From: Octopus sinensis | Lineage: Eukaryota | Length of the DNA stretch: 41,605 nucleotides | Direction of reading: 5' to 3' | NCBI RefSeq assembly: GCF_006345805.1 | Contig: NW_021835235.1 | Location: forward strand, 1 to 41,605 | In this document: positions 10,996 through 22,577 of the stretch, in pieces | How positions within the stretch are numbered: the first letter of the stretch is position 1 | How the letters are laid out: each line of letters opens with the position of its first letter | Notes under the pieces: generated by a model | What the model saw: the letters and a program-made list of their open reading frames with translations, nothing else | Told to the model about the DNA's origin: nothing | The model's database searches: none | Made by a program: the position numbers and the translations under genes

Positions 10996-11696
10996 TAGAA
11001 AGAGAAAGAGAGACAAAGAAAGTGAAAGAGAAGATACAATAGTGAAGCTGTGAAAGATGAAGAAAGGTAGAAATAGCGTACGTAAATGAAAATCGCGAGT
11101 AAGAAGGCAAGTGTGAAAAGAAAGAGGAATATTAAGAGATGGATGGAGAGAGCAAGTAGTTATATGAGTTATCAGTCAAAAAGTAGAAGGAAAAAGAGAT
11201 GGAGTGAGAATACGAGATAGCGTGTAGAATTGTGAGAGAGGACGAAAGAGTGTGTCTATGACAGGAAAAAAAATGGCAGTGAGAGGCGTGAGACAGGAAG
11301 AAAGAAGTGTAATTGTAACATCGAGTGAGAGGGAGAGAGAAAGAGAGAGACGGGGATGGGGAAGAAAAGAGAGGGGAGAGAGAGACGGGGATGGGGAAGA
11401 AAGAGAGAGGGGAGAGAGGGAATGGGGAAGAAAGAGAGAGGTGAGAGAGAGGGGCTGGGGAAGAAAGAAAGAGAGAGAGAGAGAGAGAAAGGGAAAGGGA
11501 AGATACTATGGGACAAAGAGTTTGTGTACGTTAATAAAAGAAAAGAGAAGAGCGGGTTGGAGAGCGTGGAGAGAGAAAAGGAGAGAGATCAAATAAGAAA
11601 GAAGGGAAGAAAGAGAGAAAGAGATGGAGAAATGACAATGATATTAGCGTGCGACAGAAAGAGCAGTAGCGACCCTATGAGAAAGTGTGTAAACAG

Positions 11697-11700
<4 letters not shown>

Positions 11701-11769
<69 letters not shown>
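11701..11769. repeat. Pure (GA)n microsatellite within a ~1.4-kb purine-rich low-complexity zone (10.7-12.07 kb)
   Basis: Uninterrupted AG dinucleotide run. Confidence 0.95.
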
Positions 11770-11772
<3 letters not shown>

Positions 11773-11968
11773 GGTGGTGGTTGATAGCAGTGTGTGAGAA
11801 AGATAAAAGACGCACAGCGAAAGGAGTATAGGGGCACGAAATATAAACATGTCATAGAGCAGACTAGAGACAAAAAGTAGCATTATTTGAGATAGATTGA
11901 TTAACAAGTATTTTAGAGTGTGTGTGTAGTAGTGTGTGAAGAGCGACAGAGATGTGAAAGATATATAT

Positions 11969-12010
<42 letters not shown>

Positions 12011-12504
12011 GAGAGAGAGAGAAATGGTGAGCTAGAGAGAGGGTGAGCTAAAGAGAGGAGAGATAGAAGGAGACAGAGAGCGTGTATGTGCATGTAAATA
12101 AATACAATCGTTATATGGATCAATAAAGAACTCCCACGATATTGCAAGTAATCGAAGATGAATTAAAATGTTATTGCTTTATGATGAATTTGAAACGAAG
12201 CCAAGCTTCATCAAGTAAAATTTCTGGCTGGCAGATTAATTTATATATGTATGCGTGTATGCATGCATGTAAATACACATACAAACACACACTCATACAC
12301 ACACATACATACATACAGACACGTACGCGTACGCAATCGCATGCACGCGCGTGTGCGTAATTCGTCATTACACAAAGTAATTTCTTTCCTCTGAAATAGC
12401 ATTTACCTTACCCACTCTTGCTACTATATTTTCGCAGGTAAATAACTTCCCTACTGACTTATATTTTTAAAACCACTGTTCAGCTATATATATACAAATA
12501 TATA

Positions 12505-12873
12505 TACTCTTTTACTCTTTTACTTGTTTCAGTCATTTGACTGCGGCCATGCTGGAGCACCACCTTTTAGTACTTATTCTATCGGTCTCTTTTTGCCGAA
12601 CCGCTAAGTGACGGGGACCTAAACACACCAGCATCGGTTGTCAAGCAATGCTAGGGGGACAAACACAGACACACAAACACACGCATACATATATATATAC
12701 ATATATACGACAGGCTTCTTTCAGTTTCCGTCTACCAAATCCACTCACAAGGCATTGGTCGGCCCGGGGCTATAGCAGAAGACACTTGCCCAAGATGCTG
12801 AGCAGTGGGACCGAACCTGCAACCGTGTGGTTGGTTAGCAAGCTACTTACCACCACAGCCACTCCTGCGCCTA
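12505..12873 (-). mobile_element. tRNA-derived SINE, family B (OR2-like, CORE-type), near full length with an internal deletion
   Basis: Minus-strand head AGGCGCAGGAGTGGCTGTGG..GTAAGTAGC, B-box-like GGTTCGGTCCC, CORE-like CTTGGGCAAGTG, internal (TA/CA)n, tail CAGCATGGCCGCAGTCAAATGACTGAAAC(AAGTAAAAGAG)n. Confidence 0.9.
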
Positions 12874-12902
12874 TATATATATACATATATATAATATATA
12901 TA

Positions 12903-13023
<121 letters not shown>

Positions 13024-13030
13024 TATATAT

Positions 13031-13070
<40 letters not shown>

Positions 13071-13073
<3 letters not shown>

Positions 13074-13280
13074 TTTACCTGTTTCAGTCATTTGACTCCG
13101 GCCATGCTGAAGCATCGCCTATTAGTCGAGCAAATCGACCTCAGGACTTATTCTTTGTAAGCCTAGCACTTATTCTATCGGTGTCTTTTGCCGAGCCGCT
13201 AGGTTACGGGGACATAAGCATACCAACATTTGCTATCAGGCAATGATAGGGGGACAAACATACACGCACACACATACATA
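13071..13280 (-). mobile_element. SINE family B, 3' half only
   Basis: Matches 12515-12680 and the reverse complement of 13805-13995. Confidence 0.85.
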
Positions 13281-13287
13281 TATATAT

Positions 13288-13519
13288 ATTTCTTTATTGC
13301 CCACAAGGGGCTAAACATAGTGGGGACAAACAAGAACAGACAAAGGGATTAAGACGATTACATCGACCCCAGTGCGTAACTGGTACTTTATTTATCGACC
13401 CCGAAAGGATGAAAGGCAAAGTCGACCTCGGCGGAATTTAAACTCAGAACGTAACGGCAGACGAAATACGGCTACGCATTTCGCCCGGCGTGCTAACGTT
13501 TCTGCCAGCTCGCCGCCTT
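13288..13519 (-). mobile_element. SINE family A, full length
   Basis: Reverse complement of 14516-14747 with few differences. Confidence 0.9.
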
Positions 13520-13535
13520 ATCACATACATATATA

Positions 13536-13732
13536 TAGGAGCAGGAATGGATGTGTGGTCAGTAGCTCTAGGCGCAAGAGTGGTTGTGTGGTAAGTAGCT
13601 TGATTGCCAGCCGCATGGTTCCGGGTTCAGTCCCACTGCGTGGCACCTTGGGTAAGTATCTTTTACTGTAGCCTCGGGCCGCCCAATGCCTTGTGAGTGG
13701 ATTTGATAGGCGGAAACTAAAAGAAGCCCGTC

Positions 13733-13780
<48 letters not shown>

Positions 13781-14000
13781 GTTTATATGTGTGTGTGTGT
13801 GTTTGTTCCCCCACTATCGCTTGACAACCGATGTTGGTGTGTTTACGTCCCCGTAACTTAGCGGTTCGGCAAAAGAGACCGATGGAATAACAAAGGCTTA
13901 CAAAGAATAAGCCCTGGGGTCGTTTTGTTCGACTAAAGGCTGTACTCCAGCATGGCCGCAGTCAAATGACTGATACAAATAAAAGAATTAAAGAATAAAA
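13536..14000 (+). mobile_element. SINE family B, full length (13569-14000), preceded by a short duplicated head (13536-13568)
   Basis: TAGGAGCAGGAATGGATGTGTGGTCAGTAGCT then TAGGCGCAAGAGTGGTTGTGTGGTAAGTAGCT...GGTTCAGTCCC...CCTTGGGTAAG...tail. Confidence 0.9.
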
Positions 14001-14515
14001 TATATAGCTTATACATAGCATATATATACATATTTATATCACACATATACACATACATACACACACAAACACGCACACAGACACATATGCATACGCTCTG
14101 TGTGCCTATTCATAGATATACTTTACATGATAATATGTCTATTTTCGCTACCTTCACCCATTTGACGCGCAATATACTAAGCTTCATTTAAAGCGCAATA
14201 TATTAAGCTTCATTTTAAGCATTCTTTAAAACGCACATTTAATGAAGTCGATCTCAAGTTGTATAAGTAACCTGGTTTTGGCATGCCATAACATTTTCGT
14301 CGTTGTCATGGAGAAATTTCAGAGCTAAATAATAATGGATCTCCAGACAACTACCTCTCAACAAAGCTCGGGTGAGAACCACAATTGAGCACTTCAATCA
14401 CATCTGTTTCTCTGCCTGCTGCTGCTACAGACAGACGCATTCAAGACAACATCCCTTCCAATGCCACACAGCAGGTTGGCACAAAGTCGCACTGCCTCTT
14501 ATATTGCCTTTTACA

Positions 14516-14747
14516 AGGCGGCGAACTGGCAGAAACGTTAGCACGCCGGGCGAAATGCGTAGCCGTATTTTATCTGCCGTTACGTTCTGGGCTCAAATTC
14601 CTCCGAGGTCGACTTTGCCTTTCATCCTTTCGGGGTCGATAAATTAAGTACCAGTTACGCACTGGGGTCGATATAATCCACTTAATCCATTTCTCTGTCC
14701 TTGTTTGTCCTCTATGTGTTTAGCCCCTTGTGGGTAGTAAAGAAATA
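14516..14747 (+). mobile_element. SINE family A, full length
   Basis: AGGCGGCGAACTGGCAGAAACGTTAGCAC (A-box-like), GGCTCAAATTCC (B-box-like), tail GTGGGTAGTAAAGAAATA. Confidence 0.9.
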
Positions 14748-14899
14748 TATATTGCCTTGTATGTATGTATGTATGCATGCATGCATGCATGCATGTATGT
14801 ATGTATGTATGTAGTATGTATGTATGTATGTATGTATGTATGTATGTATGTATGTATGTATGTATGTTTGTATGTTTGTATGTATGTATGTATGTATGT

Positions 14900-15255
14900 T
14901 ATTCCCTTTCTCTTTTTAATTTTAAGTAAATTTTGATCGGTCACCTACTTGGAAGCAAGGTTGTGAAGGAAAGTATTTTGTTTTAACCAGCATCCTTTAA
15001 ATCTTAAGAAAGTCCTGTAGCATATAAATTAAGGATTTGCATTCTCTCCCCAAGGCCCCAAGTTCAGCCATACTTTGCTCCAGACGGGTTAGTATGTATC
15101 CTGCTGCTCCAATAATAGTGGGCATGAAACTGAAAGTGTATCTTGGGTTCAGGATTTGCAAACTCTCTATCAATAGATGTCCTCTTGTATTTTTTCTCAC
15201 CACATTCATGTCCAGAGGGCAGTTGATTTCGACAACAGAACAGATCTTTTCTTTG
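14900..15255 (-). pseudogene. 3' end of an RLE-type non-LTR retrotransposon (R2/R4/NeSL-like restriction-like endonuclease) with 3' UTR
   Basis: EKICSVVEINCPLDMNV...LQILNPRYTFSFMPTIIGAAGYI...LG (cf. C.IIE.SCP.D.N...IPIIIGA.G); runs directly into (CATA)n. Confidence 0.7.
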
Positions 15256-15479
15256 TGGTGCATGTATGATGTATGTGTGTGCATTTGTGTTTGCTTGTTT
15301 GTGTGTGTGTGAAATGAGTGAAGGTAGCGAAAATAGGCATATGATCTAAAGTATATCTGTGAATAGGCACAAAGATCGTATATGTATCTGGATGCGTGTT
15401 TGTGTGTGCATGTGTGTGTCTGTGTGTGTATATATGCGTGATATAAATATGTATATATATGCTATATATGTGATGCATA

Positions 15480-16070
15480 ATCTTCCCTTTTTATTTAATT
15501 ATCAGAATTCTTTGTTGAAGGAGGTAACTGCTTTCAGAGAAAGAAGCAGGTTATTCACTGCTGAAACTTGGATAACAATAAACGATAAAAGTATTACATT
15601 TCGAACCTTAGAAACACCTTGTGTATTTTTATTGTTCCCTTTATAGATTATATCGGTACATTGCATGTTCACTAGTCTCTGTCTTTGCTTGAGAATCCGA
15701 GCTTTTCCAGATTGTCCTTCAGATATTTACTAGCATAACTATCTGCACCATTGTTTAATTATATAAATGTGAATTTATAATCAAGATAGAGAAGTTGTCG
15801 GTTTTGAAGCAGCCGTTCATAGTTTTATGTTGTTCTCTTCCTCCCTGAGAGATGGAAGACATATTCACATCTTCAGGGTAGCTAACCTCTATAACAATAC
15901 ATGGACTTTCCTATTTTTTTATCCAATAAACCTATATCAGGTATGTTTTCACTTGTTAGTGATTGTTTGCATTTGTTTTGAAGGAAATCTTACTCCAATA
16001 TCCTTGTGTGTATGTATTCAATAGCAGAGATGTTTATATTTATCCCAATGTAGTCTTTGGATATTACTTT
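15480..16070 (-). pseudogene. Second, diverged RLE-type non-LTR retrotransposon 3' end
   Basis: Across frameshifts: NIPDIGLLDKK, CIVIEVSYPEDVNM, LYLDYKFTFI, LKDNLEKLGFSSKD, IKGTIKIHKVFLRFEM* (stop ~15594). Confidence 0.75.
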
Positions 16071-16332
16071 AAGAATAACCTCATGATCATGTCGCAGTGG
16101 AAGTAGAGACACAAAGACATTTTTAAACAGCTACTGATTATATTTGATATATCCTCCTCAGAAAAGTTACATACTTGGCATTTACGATTATGTCTTAGGA
16201 GAATAAGAGCTCCACTGTCTCAGTTCATTAGATATTTCGTAGATATGCTACCGGATTGCAAAAGCGTAACCTTCGAAATGTGACATGATGTAACGGTTAT
16301 GAATTCAAGAGAGGCTACGCTTCATGTTAATA

Positions 16333-17428
16333 TTATTTGCCTCTTTAGGTGGCTAGCTGGCAGAATCATTAACATGCCGGGTGAAACGCTCAGCAGCATT
16401 TCGTCCGTCTTTACGTTCTGAGTTCAAATTCCGCCGAGGTCGACTTTACCTTTCATCCCATCGGGGTCGCTGAAATAAGCACTAGTTGAACATTGGGTTC
16501 GAAGTAATCGACTTACCCCAGCCCTTGAAATTTCTGGCTTTGTGCTAAAATGTGAAACCAATATTATTTGGCTCTTTGTTCAAATTCCACCTAAGTCGAC
16601 TTTGCCTTTTATCCTTTATTGCTCGATAAGGTAAGTATCAGGTGAGCATTGGGGTCGATGCAAACGGCTTCCCACTCCCCTGAAGTTGCTGGCCTCGTCC
16701 CAAAATTTGAAATCAATATTATTAGTCTCTTCAAAGGCGGTGAGCTGGCAGAAGCGTTAGCACGCAAAGCAAAATACTTAGCGGCATTTCGTCAATCTTT
16801 ATGTTCTAAGTTCAAATTCTGCCCAGGTCGACTTTTACCTTTCATCCTTTCGGGATCGATGAAATAAGCACCAGTTGAGCATTGTGGTCGATGTAATCGA
16901 CTTACTCCTCCTCTGAAATTTCTGGCCTCGTGCCAAAATTGGAAACCAATTTTAATAGCCTCTTCAAAGGTGCTATGCAGACAGAATCATTAGTACGCCG
17001 GAAAAAATGCCTTGCGGCATTTCTTCCGGCTTTACTTTCTATGTTCAAATTTCACTGAGCTCGAGTTTGTCTTTCATCCTTTCGGGATCGATGAAATAAG
17101 CACCAGTTGAGCATTGTGGTCGATGTAATCGACTTACTCCTCCTCTGAAATTTCTGGCCTCGTGCCAAAATTGGAAACCAATTTTAATAGCCTCTTCAAA
17201 GGTGCTATGCAGACAGAATCATTAGTACGCCGGAAAAAATGCCTTGCGGCATTTCTTCCGGCTTTACTTTCTATGTTCAAATTTCACTGAGCTCGAGTTT
17301 GTCTTTCATCCTTTCGGGGTCGATAAAATAAGTACCACTTGAGAGCTCTGTCGTTGTAATCGATTATCCCACTTCCATCAAATTTGAGGCCTAGTGTTTA
17401 TAGCAGAAAGGATTATTAGCCTCTTCAA
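16333..17428 (+). repeat. Head-to-tail array of five family A-type SINE units with a shared linker, including a near-exact 232-bp duplication
   Basis: Units start ~16347, ~16578 (5'-truncated), 16735, 16968, 17200; linker ATTA(T)TAGCCTCTTCAA-like at six junctions; 16861-17092 equals 17093-17324 except near the end. Confidence 0.9.
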
Positions 17429-18136
17429 TCGTATGAGAAATATATCCATGTATATCCTTATTGTGGCATGCAGAATCTTTTCTCTTGCAGTTCGCTGAGA
17501 TAGACTAGTCTTCAACTTTTGGATTCATACATGAAGACATAGAGAAGTAAGTGTTTCTACCGATCTGTAGAATGTTAATTACTTCCTTTTTATTTGGTTT
17601 ATGTATTTATTTTTGCTGCTATTGTTTAGCCAGTGCTGTCTGAGTGATATCATACGGCACTTGAAGGCTATTTGTACTCAACTTAAGTCTATTCTCTGTA
17701 ATTCAAACGCCAACATATGGTTTTAGTAGTTCGTTGTAATACTTTTTTCGGAATTTGTGTTTTTCCCTCAGGATCACTAGTTTATCTTCCTTTATATACA
17801 GTCTCCAGCAATACCATCAATAACTTACCATACGAGAGGCTTGTCTTTTTCTCCAACTCACATGCAAAAAAGTGGTTGTAAAATGTGTTGCTGCTGTGTG
17901 TATTTTAAAGCCACCTCTGTCGGATCAGTATGCAGAGATACCTATCAGTGTGATGGCGGCGCTGGCGGTACCAGTTTATTTTTTACATTGCTATTGGTCT
18001 CTATGGAAACTTTTGGATGGTTTCGAGTATAGATGGAAAGGTGACTAGAATTATCAGAATATCGATTGTTATCTGTAACAGCCAAATTTCGGACGTAGAA
18101 AGATATCTGTTGCCGCAACTGTTTAACCGTGTGGTT

Positions 18137-18301
18137 AGGAATGAGAGCCCAGGTTCGAAATTTCCTCAAGACACCTGATGAAGGCTGGAGGATATATCAG
18201 CTGAAACCCTAACCAAACCCTAACAACAGATGAGGACAAATATCCCTCAAATGTAAATAATGTAAATAATGTACATAATTCCTCATCTCTTAAATATAGA
18301 A
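18137..18301 (+). mobile_element. Solo PLE pseudo-LTR (family 1) with a damaged hammerhead
   Basis: GACAC-CTGATGA (18175-18181)-A-GGCTG(GAGGATATAT)CAGCT-GAAA; the helix III/I 3' strand is replaced by CCCTAACCAAACCCTAAC. Confidence 0.85.
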
Positions 18302-18534
18302 AAGCAAAATATGCCTACCACCTTTGAATTCAGTTTTTCAACAACATAAAACAACTGCACTTCCCTTTTGTCTTTTCATTTCTCATTTTGTCTACATCAT
18401 ATACCCACACATTAAAAAAAATTCTTTAAGAGCGATATCATTTTTCGTAAACTCGGACAAAGCTTTATACATAGATACATACATACATACATATACATAC
18501 ATACATATACATACATACATATATATGTGTGTGT

Positions 18535-18751
18535 CTGGCAGAAACGTTAGCACGTCGGGCGAAATGCTTAGCGGTATTTCGTCTGCCGTTACGTTGTGAG
18601 TTCAAATTCCGCCGAGGTCGACTTTGCCTTTCATCCTTTCGGGGTCGATAAATTAAGTACCAGTTACGCACTGGGGTCGATGTAATCGATTTAATTCCTT
18701 TGTCTGTCCTTCTTTGTCCCCTCTATGTTTAGCCCCCTGTGGGTAATAAAG

Positions 18752-18756
<5 letters not shown>
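18535..18756 (+). mobile_element. SINE family A, missing a few 5' bases
   Basis: Near-consensus match to 14516-14747. Confidence 0.9.
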
Positions 18757-18795
<39 letters not shown>

Positions 18796-18808
18796 TTTAT
18801 ATATATAG

Positions 18809-18884
18809 TTAATCCAAACATGAAAACACAAAGCGAAAACACAACGCGAGGACGTGGAACAAGTATAGTGTTATTGGACGCTCA
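18809..18884 (-). mobile_element. Family 2 element fragment, truncated before the hammerhead, in (TA)n
   Basis: TTAATCCAAAC...CAACGCGAGGACGTGGAACAA.TATAGT.TTATTGGACGCTCA matches 4475-4550. Confidence 0.85.
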
Positions 18885-19114
18885 ATATATATATATATAT
18901 AATAAAATTTGATAATTAGAAAATGTGAGTGGAAATGAAGACAAAAATCAAAATTGTTCAAATTAACACTCAGCCTATGTATCATTATAAAAAATCTTGT
19001 AAAAAGTGGTATTTATTGAATCACAATATTCCGCATACCATAGAAAAATTATGCAGTCCCAGATGCGGCTTCATTTTCGCAGATTTCCCATACATACGTA
19101 CATACATACATACA

Positions 19115-19147
<33 letters not shown>

Positions 19148-19170
19148 TAAATATATATATATAGTTTTTA

Positions 19171-19208
<38 letters not shown>

Positions 19209-19419
19209 ACATACACACACACACACACACATACACACACACACACATACACACACACACATACACACACACACATGTATGTGTGAGTGGACAAACGAAA
19301 GAAAAACGCTCCCAACACATTTAGTAGGTGCTACATATATTATTGGAAACAGTTTGATTCGACTCCATGTAAAAAGCCTACGAATCTTTAAGTCGCACAG
19401 AGCTGAATCAAACTGTTTT

Positions 19420-19420
19420 A

Positions 19421-19457
<37 letters not shown>

Positions 19458-19537
19458 TATTCTAATAATAATAATAATAATAATATAATAATAATAATAA
19501 TAATAACAATAATAATAATGATAATATAATAATAATG

Positions 19538-19573
<36 letters not shown>

Positions 19574-19618
19574 TAATATAATAATAATAATATAATATAA
19601 TAATACAATAATAATAAT
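19420..19618. repeat. ~200-bp (AAT)n microsatellite
   Basis: Directly visible, few interruptions. Confidence 0.95.
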
Positions 19619-20195
19619 CGATGAGCGTGTGATTGTATAGACAGGAGAGGGTGTTATATTCAAATTCATATTCGTATATATAAACTTGTATACAAGCACG
19701 TATATATATATATATATATACTCTCCATATCTATGTACTTCACTCATACTCAGCTTTTTTTACTCTGTCTCGTCTTAATCGCACACTCAGAGTAATAGTG
19801 AGAATTACACATAGACATTTTTTTATTTATTTAAGACTGTGAATACACAGCCTTAAATACAAATACTAATACCGGACTTGCAACAGTCGAATTTACGTCC
19901 TTGTATAACAGCAGACATTGTTTATGGTTAGTCTGAAAACGTTAAAAGATTGCGGCTGCATTTTCTTTGTCTCCCTCTCCCTCTTACACTTTGCATTTGC
20001 TTTTTGTCTGCTTTTCCCGCCTGTTCTTTCATGCGTGACTGCAGTTCTGGCTTTCGTCTTCCATCTCCATCTGTTCATAAACTTATCTGTTTATTATATT
20101 CTTCTTGCCGCCCTATTCTTACCCACACTTTCACTCCGTTGTCTCCGTTTCTATAATTTTATTGCTCTCCTTCGGTGTCAGTCTATTACTCTCTC

Positions 20196-20196
<1 letters not shown>

Positions 20197-20235
<39 letters not shown>

Positions 20236-20472
20236 TATATACACATATATATATATATATATATTCTCGGAGATGTTGAGGTAATAAAAAAGACCTAGCG
20301 TGGTGAGGCATAATTATATATATAATTATAAAATAATTTGCTTACACACACATACACCCACGCACACACACACACATATATATATATATAATATATATAT
20401 ACACATAGATATATATATATGTGGTTTATCATCTGTCTATCTATATTATATATATATAATATATATTCCTAT

Positions 20473-20520
<48 letters not shown>

Positions 20521-20542
20521 TATATATATATATATTCATATA

Positions 20543-20585
<43 letters not shown>

Positions 20586-20748
20586 TACATATATACATAC
20601 ATATATATATAAACATACATTTACATCCATACATAATATACATACATGCATACACACATACATACAACATACACGCATAATACATACATATACGCATACA
20701 TACATGCATACATACATACATACATACATACATACATACATACATACA

Positions 20749-20782
<34 letters not shown>

Positions 20783-20804
20783 CATACATACATATATATA
20801 TATA
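20197..20804. repeat. Compound (TA)n/(CA)n/(CATA)n microsatellite field
   Basis: Directly visible. Confidence 0.9.
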
Positions 20805-21199
20805 CTAGCAGTATCGCCCGGCGTTGCTCGGGTTGTAAGGGAAATAACTATATAAGCATTTTTAGAGAGTTATAGCCAAAAAATAGCAAAAAAAATACAT
20901 TAAAAATTGAAAAAAAATTAAGGTAAATTTTTTTTAAATCGTTGACACATCGTAGATATTTTTAGAGAGTTACTTCCCTTATATAAAAGCGAAAAAAATG
21001 CATTAAAATGGAAAAATATGATGGTAAATTTTTTAAAAATCGTAGACTCATCGTAGACGCGCGCTAATACCCAGAAGGGCTCGATATGAATCACGACTAT
21101 AAGATACCCGCTTTTGGTTAAACTGCACCGCAAAATGTGGGAGTAATTACGAATGTAAATCGAAGGGGACAGACACACAACTTCACTCTTATATAAAGA
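20805..21199 (-). mobile_element. Non-autonomous Helitron
   Basis: Minus strand begins A|TCTTTATATAAGAG and ends CCCGAGCAACGCCGGG hairpin, GCGATACTG, CTAG|T: 5'-TC, 3'-CTAG, subterminal hairpin, A/T insertion site, no TSD. Confidence 0.8.
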
Positions 21200-21204
21200 T
21201 GCTT

Positions 21205-21526
21205 TTTTTTTTTCAGTCATAGAGTTAGATTTATGAAGGTCTTCAGTAGAAAATCCTTCGAATTCTGACTCGCTGCTTGATATAATGAAATTCGTATCCA
21301 TTTTTTGTCAGAATTACAAATTTTGAAAACACAATAGGAACAAATTTCGGAAAAAAATCTCCCATAATTCACGGAATTAAAATTACACTTCGATTTTTGT
21401 ACAAAACTGTATTTGAAGTGTTTACGAAGTATAATACGTGTTTTCACGAATGTACTAAAGAGATTTACTCTGATATTCTCATTTAGATATGAATAGGTAA
21501 ATTCGGGCGGTTTGGTAACGAAAGGG
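21205..21526 (-). mobile_element. Probable piggyBac 5' terminus and transposase N-terminal start
   Basis: TAAA|CCCTTTCGTTACCAAACCGCCCG (CCC terminus, degenerate TTAA), then ATG of MDTNFIISSSESEFEGFSTEDL, the acidic S.SEFEGFS motif typical of piggyBac-type N-termini; truncated at the Helitron. Confidence 0.5.
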
Positions 21527-21529
21527 TTT

Positions 21530-21979
21530 ATATAAGTGTCGTCTGTTTATACATAAACACTGTTTCATAGTTTCAATTTAGTCTTCCTGAAATCACTGTC
21601 GCTAATTTACTCTCTTCCAAGAACATTTTCACTCACTGTTATCTGTTAGCTTCCCATACATTTTACTCATGTATCTATCAGCGTGATAGACAGAAACAAA
21701 TATTACATTTACTTTCATTTTATTCGTTGCCCACTGTGTGTGTGCGTTTGCGTGTGGTGTAAACCAGACTAAGAAAAGCATTTGACACACACACCAGAAT
21801 GTGTGTTTTCTGTAAATTTTGCTTAATTGGAGTTTAAATTTTAAAAACTGGACCTGGCATGACGCGATGCATTGTACTCTTAAAACTGCTAGGTAAATTG
21901 TAATTGAAGAAATCCTATATTGTAGATTTGTATAACTCCCAAAGGGAGGCAGATAAAATCTGCCTTTTATAATAAGAGA
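21530..21979 (-). mobile_element. Second Helitron-like 5' segment
   Basis: Minus strand A|TCTCTTATTATAAAAGGCAGATTTTATCTGCC: TC start resembling the 21199 end, plus an 8-bp hairpin; no own CTAG end seen. Confidence 0.5.
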
Positions 21980-22229
21980 TATACAGTCTTCTCAAAATCA
22001 GAAAGGAGAAAGCTAATTCGAAGACTAGAGACGTTTAGCATTCAAATATATATGAGCATATCTAGATATGCAACTATATGCGTGACAATACATACATAAA
22101 GCAAAACATAGAAATCTGCACACATACATGCATACATACATACATACATGCATACATACATGCATACATACATACATACATACATACATACATACGTACA
22201 TACATACATAAATACATACATTCAAACAA

Positions 22230-22335
22230 AAATACCATGTTGCCGATATTAAAATTCCAATGAAGGAGCCTTGGATCTAGGTTAGAAACCGGCTCTTTAT
22301 TGGCAAGAAAGCTTGAAATATAACTGAAGAATGTC
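22230..22335 (+). mobile_element. Short LINE-type 3'-UTR terminus between (CATA)n tracts
   Basis: GGATCTAGGTTAGAAACCGGCTCTTT...CAAGAAAGCTTGAAATATAACTGAAGAATG then CATACATAC; similar to 39305-39410 and loosely to the RLE 3' UTRs at 14.9 and 15.5 kb. Confidence 0.5.
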
Positions 22336-22394
22336 ATACATACATGCATGCATACGTACATACATACATACATTCATACACACATATAAAGCCC

Positions 22395-22577
22395 CAGAGT
22401 AGAGAAATCGTTAGCACGTCTGGCAGAATGCTTGGTGGCATTTCGTATGTGTTTATGTTCTGAGTTCAAATTTTGCCAAGGTCGACTTAGCTTTTATTCC
22501 TTTTGGTGTCCATAAAATAAGTACTAGTTGAACACTGGGTTCGACGTTGTTGGCCTTGCGGCAAAATTTGAAACCTG
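22395..22577 (+). mobile_element. SINE family A, old diverged copy
   Basis: AATCGTTAGCAC...GTTCTGAGTTCAAATT...AGGTCGACTTAGC...AAATAAGTACTAGTTGAACACTGGG. Confidence 0.8.

Noticed and set aside
10700-12070. Long purine-rich region with K/R/E-rich ORFs and G-runs
   Set aside because: Degenerate (GA)n low-complexity sequence, possibly with sequencing stutter; no coding signal
13569-13640. tRNA-like heads with A/B boxes (also 14516, 29433, 33805)
   Set aside because: No complete cloverleaf, and each is fused to a SINE body; these are SINE heads, not tRNA genes
14324-14475. Possible short host exon (TTTCAG acceptor, GG|GTGAGA donor)
   Set aside because: Very short, no recognisable peptide and no partner exons; splice-like motifs are common by chance
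16333-17428. Regularly spaced repeats superficially like a CRISPR array
   Set aside because: Units are ~230-bp SINEs without unique spacers, in a eukaryotic context with no cas genes
17800-17960. Cys-rich KSGCKMCCCCVYFKAT upstream of the solo pLTR, possibly a GIY-YIG remnant
   Set aside because: No GIY/YIG or downstream helix motifs; not distinguishable from chance
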